NCBI GenBank assembly: GCA_028023455.1
Contig: JAQFVV010000001.1
Span: 10,788,001 to 10,852,000, forward strand
DNA from: Epiperipatus broadwayi
Taxonomy: Eukaryota; Animalia; Onychophora
DNA: 64,000 bases
Reading direction: 5' to 3'
Positions 55,560 through 64,000 of this stretch are shown piece after piece. The position numbers and the translations under genes are program-made. The notes under the pieces were generated by a model, which was not told the DNA's origin, searched no databases, and saw only the letters and a program-made list of their open reading frames with translations. Numbering within the stretch: position 1 is the stretch's first letter; each line of letters starts with the position of its first letter.

Positions 55560-57000
55560 GCAGGAGAAAATAATATAAAATAAAGGAGAAAGTGAGGGAT
55601 TGAATACTACAAGAAAAAAAGATATACCTGAGGAGGAGTCCTTTATAAAATATAAGGATTTAGAAATGGAAAGTCAAGAGAGAAAAGACAAAATGTTCTC
55701 TATAGATTTATTGCATGAAATAATGTGGGAAATGTATACAATGATTGAAAAACATTTTCAAGGTTAGCATAGAGAATTATCAGAAAAAAGAAGTAAGAAA
55801 TGAAACAAATTTAGCAAAAATGTCAGTAGAAAATAATAGAAAGTATTGATAATATGGAAAAAAGAGAATAAAATTAATGGTTATGAAAATAATGAAGTTC
55901 ATAAATTTAATACAGACTTTATTGCAGAACAGAAATAAGACAACAAGAATATGACTGATGTCAAAGATAATAAAGGAAATAAAAATGAAGCATTATATTT
56001 GAAACAAGGCCCCAATGAAATAAAACCAAATGAATCACTCCAGAGTGATGATGAAAATTATTATAATTGAGATGAACATTTATATTAGTAGTTAGATTCA
56101 GATGAAAACAAGGATGATCATGATCTTAGTAAATATGGTGCAGAAATGGATTATAGATTATTAATAAAAGAAACAAAAGAGATAGAACTTTTGGAAAGTG
56201 ATGAAATAGACCCATCCCAATTGGAGGAAATGTTGAAATGAGATGAAAACGATGGCCCTAATAATGTTATGTAGATGAAGATGCTGGAATATTGTTTAAG
56301 GTCTCTGGAAATATTTCAGTTGAGAAAAATATTGGCATTGAATGGATGATGAAGAGAGTAGCATATCATATCTTAAGCCTATAGAGGTGGATTTTAGTGT
56401 TATAGTCTTATATTGGAATGAAGGTGAAAAAATTGGAGAGTGATGTAATGAAGAAAAGATTAATTCAGCAAAAAATGGAAAGTTCTGTAAAAGATAGTAG
56501 TGAAATAAAGAGACAAATCATCAAGTAGATTGTTGAGATGGAAAATAATGATCCAAAGAAGATAAAATGTGACAGAAGAACCAATTTAAATAATAAAGTT
56601 TGCTTTCAACAAATAAAAAAAATGGCAGACAATAAAAGTTGGTGTTAACTAAAGTCACATAAAAAGTAGGCATAAGTCTTAGTACCTGTTTTAGAAAAAA
56701 ATCAACATTATAAAAATTATAAAAAATAATAAGAAGCCATCAAGTAAACCTAGAAAAAGAAACAAATTATAAAAGTTTTCCATCACAGTGGCCTATCAAA
56801 ACCAACACAATATCCAAAGGCAAGGCTGAAAAAATTCTAAAACATGGCAAAGAAAAGTTAAAAAAACACTACCTTACCATCTCAAAAAGAGAGTAAAATA
56901 GAGTTCTTATAAATCCAATCCCACATGAAAATGAAAAGAATTTTGTTGGAAATTTGTTGAGATCAAAGAAAAGAAATTAAACACATGAAATAGTAATGAA
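55560..57000 (+). other. A/G-rich decayed reading frame (acidic, lysine-rich), possibly LINE ORF1 debris
   Basis: Strong purine skew with GAA/GAT/AAA codon-like periodicity (e.g. KEIELLESDEIDPSQLEEMLK) but many stops. No family motif recognised. Confidence 0.3.
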
Positions 57001-57151
57001 ACATGATTTTTTATTATTTGATGAAATATAATTCGATAATAAAGTAAATAATTAAAAAAATTCTTTGGGAAATTTCAATTAGATATTAATAGTAAAATTT
57101 TGTTGTTGCTTTTTTATTTCATTGGGGGGAATTTGAAAGAGAAATATTCAT

Positions 57152-57300
57152 TTCAGGTTTAGTTAGATAGTTGGCAATAGGGAGATTAATGTAAGATTCA
57201 AACTTTAGATTACATATAAATGAAATAATGTAGTTTAATAAATATTTTATAATAGGTTAAATTTTAATTTAATATACATATACACATACATACATTAAAA
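57152..57300 (+). repeat. Dispersed ~150-bp repeat, copy 2
   Basis: TTCAGGTTTAGTTAGATAGTTGGCAATAGGGAGATTAATGTAAGATTCAAACTTTAGATTACATATAAATGAAATAAT, direct-orientation match to 53051-53200. Confidence 0.8.
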
Positions 57301-58189
57301 AACCCAAAATAATAATTTCAATAAAATTAAAATTGAATCATAATGTTTTTATAAAAAACATTTAGAATAAATTAATTATTTATGTTATTTAGTAACACTT
57401 ACTTCTTACACATATAGAAAAAAAATACGCAGAGAGATATTAATATTTTCTCATTTATTTTAAAAGAATTACACAACATAAAAAGATTATTATGTATAAG
57501 AATAGAAAAATATTTTATCTAATATTGTTATTATTATAATTGTTTTATTTTCTCTAAATCCAAAATTACTATAATATTTAATCCTATAACTTTAATATTA
57601 ACATTCATACATAAAAAAACTACTGCAGCTTTTAAGACTAGTTCACTATAATGCAAATGCCTCTCCATAGTTCCTCATATACTAACACTGAAAAGAAAGC
57701 ATTACTTACCAAGTTTACCACTTCTCAAGTGGTAAGAATTTGAATAGTTTTCTATCCTTCTTTTAATCCATTAGTGAAAAATACCCATTTATCAAAACAA
57801 CATTAGTTACTTAAATTAGATACCACCAAAAAGTTTGACTTGTATCCAAATTTTTTTGAAATTTTATTTGGTTCAAATTTGAACCTGTATCGTAAGCACG
57901 GTAAACAAATGCAACAATCATTACTCTAGTAGTTACACTCCATATATATATATATATTTCATTAATCAATAAACTAAAATTAAAACATGATTCACTTTGA
58001 ATCTTTATAATAACAAAATTGCACTGAAATAAAAAAACAAAATACTGTCATGTTATACAGATAGATATTTTATTTTTAAATGAGCTAATGTATCTTCATA
58101 TGCTATATAAATAAAGCTTAGAAAGTAAATAAAAATAAAATGATACAAGAGACAATGAGAATAAAGTTTTGAATACAATTAATTAAATA

Positions 58190-58440
58190 TATAAAAATAC
58201 TTTACAATAAACACTTTTATTTACTGTGCATTAAAAAGCCAAACAAATAATTACTTTCTTCAACTACAAGTGGTATTTTTACATTTAACTTGAAATAAAA
58301 GTATGGTGTATCTAAAAATTAAGTGATTGAATTAATTTCAAGTTAAATATGAAAACCCTACTTGTAGTTGAAGAAAACAATTCTTTTTTGGCCTTTAGTA
58401 CACAATTAATAAAAATGTATATTGTAAAATATGTTATATA
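58190..58440. mobile_element. Palindromic (foldback) MITE, copy 2 of the 37773-38060 family
   Basis: Arms TGTGCATTAAAAAGCCAAACAAATAATTACTTTCTTCAACTACAAGT...TTTAACTTGAAAT and ATTTCAAGTTAAA...ACTTGTAGTTGAAGAAAACAATT...GGCCTTTAGTACACA are inverted and match copy 1. Confidence 0.78.
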
Positions 58441-58988
58441 TAAATTATTTTTAATTTTTTTTAATTTTGAGATCATTTTTGCAAATATTCCAAATTTTAA
58501 TTAAAATGAATAATCAAAACAATGTCACAGTCTGTTTTATATATGAAAAGAAATTCTTGCACAATAAAAATTGATTCCAATATTATTTTGATTATAAAAG
58601 AAGCAGTTTAATTTATTTATTTTTTTACAATCAAAAGAAATTAAATTTTAAAGATATTTTTACAATCAAAAAAAATTAAGATTTGTCTTTATTTTCTATT
58701 TGAATTTATCATAAATATTTTTTATTTTTATATATATATATTTTTTAAATATATCTCCCTCCTGTTAAAATATATCTCCCTCCTGTGCACTTTATTGAAA
58801 ACTTACTAAACCAATATCAACATGTTGAAATTCAGTCTGCCAACACCACTGCAGTAAACAACAAGACCATCCTGAAATATTTCATTGATATATTGGATTG
58901 TTATTGATTTCTAACATATGTATAAAATTGGAAGAAAATCCATTTGATAGAAATATGTTAAAAATTGACTATAAAATATAGCCTAAAT

Positions 58989-59289
58989 TAGCAGTCCCCA
59001 ACCTTTTTGCACTTAAGAGCACATTCTATAATACTGGTCAGGTGGTGGGCACCATTTATTTTTTCAATGTAAATAATACACATAATGTACAAAAAAATAT
59101 TTATTTCAAAACATAAAATTTTAACATTTGATTACAATATAATACAATAATTTATAAGAAATTTTAAAAATAAATTTATTTGTATCAGATAAATAATTAA
59201 ATTTTTTATCATGTTCTGATAGTAGCGGGCACACGTAAAATGGTCAGCGGGCGCCATAGTGCCCACAGGCATAGGGTTGGGGACCTCTG
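58989..59289. mobile_element. hAT (Charlie/Buster-type) MITE, 301 bp
   Basis: TIRs TAGCAGTCCCCAACC and GGTTGGGGACCTCTG. Flanks GCCTAAAT (58981-88) and ACCTAAAC (59290-97) match 6/8 with central TA. Confidence 0.88.
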
Positions 59290-60161
59290 ACCTAAACAAA
59301 CAAAGATCGTTTCTAAGTTAATTAAAGTATTTAAGAAGTGCCAAAAACAATGCAAGACAGATAATGGTATAATTGATAAAGTTTACAAACACTAGTTTGC
59401 TTATAAAAATACAATCCCTTTAAAAAAAGATCTTTCATTAAATATCAAATTAAATATTATAAAAAAAAATGTTGACACCATATGCAACAAAAATATAATC
59501 AAGTATCATAAAAAAGTTTTTATGTATATTGTAGAAAAACACTACTTAAACTGCTATTTAAAGTTAGAATTTTTTTTAAACGTAAATAAGTCATTTTGTA
59601 ATGAAACTCTCATTTTAAAAAATTTTAAACCAAAAAAAAAAAAAAAAAACAGAACAAAACTATAAAAATAAAAAGTTCACTAAATATAATATAAATATGC
59701 ACTTGGATCAAAAAATATTTGAAAATAAAAATATATTTGTATTAAATGTAAAATTCCCAGAAAGATCATCCATGACAAAAAAATCATTCTAATAATATAT
59801 ATCATGATAGTGGAACAGAAATAGAAGTGATTCAGAATTAGAAAGAATTCGTAAGTGAAATGAATTAATTCTAAATACAATGAATGCTATATAAAAATAA
59901 AGGTGCTTGTATTATAGATAAAGACACCATAGGATGGCGTCGTTTTCACACTAAAACTATAAAATATGAACATTCACGGGCCATTGATTTTAATAATTTC
60001 TCTGTGCTTTTTTGTAATGCGAAAATAAAAACAAAACAAAATCGTCTTTTTTAAATATTATTTTTTATTAACGTATACAATTTAAATGATAATAATAAAT
60101 GTAAAATAAAATCAACAAATTACAATTTGATTCGTGTTTTTTATATCGTATACTTTTTAAA

Positions 60162-60326
60162 TTGTGTTACGGCTTTTTTTTATTAATTTTCTATCGGAGA
60201 TTTTTTTACTTGTGTTACGGCTTTTTTTTTATCAATTTTCTATCGGTTATTTTTTTACTTGTGTTACGGCTTTTTTTTTATTAATTTTCTATCGGTTACT
60301 TTTTTAATTGTGTTACGACTTTTTTT
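60162..60326. repeat. Minisatellite, 48-49-bp period, about 3.3 copies
   Basis: TTGTGTTACG(G/A)CTTTTTTT starts at 60162, 60210, 60259 and 60308. Units are near-identical with no unique spacers. Confidence 0.95.
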
Positions 60327-60377
60327 GTTGTTGTTTAACTAAAAAATTATAATCATAATAAAAGTAAAAGTTGTTAC

Positions 60378-60490
60378 GGTTAGATTTAGGGTTAGGCTTA
60401 GGGTTAGTTTAGTGTTAGGTTTAGGGTTAATTTTAGGATTAGTTTTAGGGTTAGTTTAGGGTTAGGTTTAGGGTTAGTTTTAGGGTTAGT
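60378..60490 (+). repeat. Interstitial telomere-like array with ~12-bp higher-order unit (TTAGGG+TTAG(G/T)T)
   Basis: Exact TTAGGG at 60386, 60398, 60421, 60445, 60456, 60468 and 60480, alternating with degenerate hexamers. Confidence 0.9.
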
Positions 60491-61380
60491 GTTCTGTTTG
60501 TTTGTAATGCTAAAATAAAAAAATTCAAAATTGTAAGCGTACTCGGACAGAAGAAAGAAACTCAAACTTTTTTAAACAACAAACAAATGTCTTCTTTACT
60601 TATTAAACATGTTTATAATATTTTCTTTTTATTAAATTTACAAAAAAAACTGTACATTTGGACTTTTCTTACTGGATATTTTTCTCATACCGCTCTTTTT
60701 TGCTTCAAAAATATACAGCCGGTAGAATCTTCTTTGTCTCATGAATGTTACTAATTGTACGTTACTTGACACATTACCTAATTGCAACTCAATAAAAACA
60801 TAGATATTTAACATTTACCCAAATAAAAGTTCAATACAGTACGTTGTAAAAAGTCTTATAATTATTGTTTTAAAACATCTGAACATTTCAATAGTTTAAA
60901 ATAAAAAAAAATCCAATGAAAACAACATTTCAATACAATTCAAATACAAACTCTCTCATCAAGCCGTAATTATTTTATAAATTGTGCAAATTCGTAAAAT
61001 GTAATTGCTGATTAGCAACATACATGCTGTACTGCGACGCAACATAGCGGCCTGCATTCTGTAGCACAACAAAAAAATTGTATTGTAGAAAACGCGGGTG
61101 CGAACGTGTCAGCCACAGAAACAGCATTTTAATGTGTTTTGGCGTGAAAACCGCACCTTAGAACAGCGTCTTTAGCTATAAGATGAGTACCAAAATAAAT
61201 TACCAAATTCTTATGTATACTAAATCTGTGAAGCAAAAATTAATCTATTTAGGATGATATAAAATCTAGTAATATGTAGTTTTTAAAAAAATGAAAAATT
61301 GTGTACTTATTAATAACGAGCAATAAAAATAAATTTAATTAACAAATAATTGAATAAAATGCTTTGCAAATAAATTATTT

Positions 61381-63772
61381 GGTTGTTTTCTCACATACTG
61401 GATGAGCCACCAAGTGACGCTGAAGAACAACCAAGAAACCTGTAATTGATAAATTTCTATTCAAAAATCGGTAAAAATCGCTCAATTTGACAAATAGTAA
61501 CACACACACCCCGCAATGAGAAATCGGTCAATATCGATCAAATTGAAATGTAAAACAAAAATCAGTCAAAATTTCTGAAATAGAAATTTAAAACAAAAGT
61601 TTATTACAACACCAAATTGTCAAATGGTAGACACCCCCCCCCCACACACGAGAACCTACGAAATTAAACAAAAACATACTAAATCTGAAAGAGATTTAAA
61701 AAAGAATCACTCTGTTATCTAACTAACAGATATAATAATAATTCAAACTTTAATAACACACTAATACATATTAAGTAATCAATGTTCGTATTAATCTCTA
61801 TAATAGCATCATTAGAGTTTAAATTCAGTTAATATGTTACTCTATTACTAGTTTATATCATAAATTACTGCAAATCCTCAGATTAAGTCACACATATATA
61901 AAATCAACAAAATAGAAATAAAATAATCAGAATAGAAAATAGAATTTGAAAGTAATTAAAATAGATTACCAATTTCCCTGGAGAGTGAGTTCATCTTTCA
62001 GCAGGTCATTGAATTTTTTCATCCTTGCAAAATGAAACTTGGGCATTGTAGATCTTTCCATTAGTCTTTTGCCTTCATTTGTTTGCGTGTCAGTTTTTGA
62101 TTAAATGTCTGTTTATTAGTTGTTTTGTTTTAATTCTAATGTGTTGTGTGTGTGTGTCCATAAAAAGCTGTATAAACTTTAAAACTTATGGAATGGAATG
62201 TGTACAGCAGTTTTCATTCGAACTTTTTGAAATGCAGCATTTCAAACAATAAATAAAAATTATTACATCTTAGGATTAGGTTTTGTCTTCATTAAAGCAC
62301 AAACTAAATAAAACAGTAATGTTTTTGTTTTACTTCCTTTCATCCCAAAGCCAAATAAAAAGTAATAACGGAGGAAGCCCCTCCCAAAAAACCCCAGAAA
62401 GCTTGATGGATCAATATTTTGAGAAAATGCATATATATAAATTATTTGATTTATAATCATATATTATAACACTGCAAATGTACAATCACTTTTTCTTTTA
62501 AAATATATATGTTCTCCAATAATATCAACAAATTAAAAATCCTTCTCCTTTTCAAAAACTGTATTTTCTTATATCAATACTGAACATATTTATATAATAG
62601 AAAACTCGAAAAATAACTGTAAGAAGATAAAAACAGTTGAAACTTTGGAGTTTTTTATTATATAAATTGTTACATTTACCATTTTCAAACTCCCTCCATT
62701 CACAACTTATAAATATATGTTCAGTATTGATACAAGAAAATAAAGTTTTTGAAAAGAAAAAGAAGGATTTTTAATTTGTTGATATTATTGATTTATAATT
62801 TAAAACAAGAAAAAGTATTATTTTCCATTTTTTTTTAAAAATACTTTCACTTTCTAAAAGCGTAGCGATTAATTTCCCTGTGACAAAACTTGCAAAATCA
62901 ATCAGTCACGTGACCTGAGTTCTGGAAATTTATTTATACTGCATATAATACCAAAAATATTTACGCTATTTTTTCAGTTTCTATCTACATTTCAAAATTG
63001 TGCGTAAGTTATTTTAAAAATAACAAACTTTAAGTGAAAGAAAACACGATCAATAGACAGGAACAATATAATATATATATCATTATTTTGTCATTAATGG
63101 AGAGATCTACAATGCCCAAGTTTCATTTTGCAAGGATGAAAAAATTCAATGACCTGCTGAAAGATGAACTCACTCTCCAGGGAAATTCGTAATCTATTTT
63201 AATTACTTTCAAATTCTATTTTCTATTCTGATTATTTTATTTCTATTTTGTTGATTTTATATATGTGCGACTTAATCCGAGTACTTGCAATAATTTATGA
63301 TATAAACTAGTAATAGAGTAACATATTAACTGAATTTAAACTCTAATGATGCTATTATAGAGGTTAATGCGAACATTGATTACTTAATATGTATTAGTGT
63401 GTTATTAAAGTTTGAATTATTATTATATCTGTTAGTTAGATAACAGAGTGATTCTTTTTTAAATCGCTTTCAGATTTAGTATGTTTTTGTTTAATTTCGT
63501 AGGTTCGCATGTGGAGGGGGTGTCTACCATTTGACCATTTGATGTAATAATAAACTTTTGTTTTAAATTTCTATTTCAGCGATTTTGACCAATTTTGTTT
63601 TTACATTTCAATTTGATCGATTTTGACCAATTTCTCATTGCCGGGGGGGGGGTTACTATTTGTCAAATTGAGCGATTTTTACTGATTTTTGAATAGAAAT
63701 TTATCAATTACAGGTTTCTTGGTAGTTCTGTAGCATCACCTGGTGGCTCGTCCAGTATGTGAGAAAACAACC
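61381..63772. mobile_element. Non-autonomous foldback-type DNA transposon with ~680-bp TIRs and 8-bp TSD (Merlin-like; MULE not excluded)
   Basis: Arms 61381-62063 and 63095-63772 are inverted copies (7 mismatches in the outer 120 bp, 2 in the inner ~170 bp). Termini GGTTGTTTTCTCACATACTGGA...TCCAGTATGTGAGAAAACAACC. AATTATTT at both 61373-61380 and 63773-63780. The 1031-bp spacer has no recognisable transposase. Confidence 0.92.
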
Positions 63773-64000
63773 AATTATTTAAATGTGAAATTAAGAATCC
63801 AATCCATTTATGGCTTAATTTAAGATCTTTTTCTGACTAAAAAAAATTTATGATGCTCAAGAATTTATGTTATCAAAGAATTCAATGACCGGAAAAAAAA
63901 ACACCATTAATGCAGTTATAAATACAAAAACCGCAAAGAAGTTATAAATAAATATTAAATGAATTTACAGAAAATAATGTTTTAACTTGAATTTATTTTT

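Larger units (their letters stand above)
59936..61157. mobile_element. Putative non-autonomous TIR element carrying a minisatellite and telomere-like repeats
   Basis: Imperfect inverted ends GGCGTCGTTTTCACACTAAAAC and rc GGTGCGGTTTTCACGCCAAAAC (17/22). CpG-retaining interior. No TSD found. Confidence 0.55.

Noticed and set aside
60162-60326. Regularly spaced repeats as a CRISPR array
   Set aside because: Units are contiguous near-identical 48-49-mers with no unique spacers, the context is eukaryotic, and there are no cas genes.
60378-60490. True chromosome end or telomere fusion site
   Set aside because: Only ~110 bp, degenerate, in ~12-bp register, single orientation and embedded in flanking sequence on both sides.
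59928-61165. TSD for the 59936-61157 element
   Set aside because: Flanks CATAGGAT and TTAGAACA do not match at 3, 8 or 9 bp, so the superfamily is left unassigned.

Overview
This is eukaryotic, very AT-rich DNA (roughly 75% A+T by eye) from an invertebrate-type animal genome. The transposon mix and TTAGGG-like repeats would fit a Hydra-like genome, but that is inference only. I could not identify an intact protein-coding gene, rRNA, tRNA or CRISPR array. Most ORF-track entries are frameshifted transposase pieces, their antisense shadows, or low-complexity chance ORFs. The window is mostly decayed mobile elements: an RTE-clade LINE (1-1550); four hAT/Buster-group transposase relics (4453-7330, 19258-22418, 38400-41252, 49290-50312); three hAT MITEs with NNNTANNN target duplications; a mariner relic; two Merlin (ISXO2/IS1016-like) transposase relics; several LINE fragments; and a palindromic MITE family present twice. 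The most striking structures are: (i) a 2.39-kb element at 61381-63772 with ~680-bp terminal inverted repeats, GG...CC ends and a perfect 8-bp TSD, carrying a mirrored 31-codon ORF; (ii) an adjacent 1.2-kb element holding a 48-49-bp minisatellite and degenerate TTAGGG repeats; (iii) ~450-bp tandem monomers with an inverted last copy at 7490-8860, resembling Penelope pLTR/retrozyme architecture. CpG-retaining islands (~14.3-16.1 kb, ~43.8-45.7 kb) and scattered micro-exon candidates suggest these elements lie in the introns of one or more host genes I could not identify.
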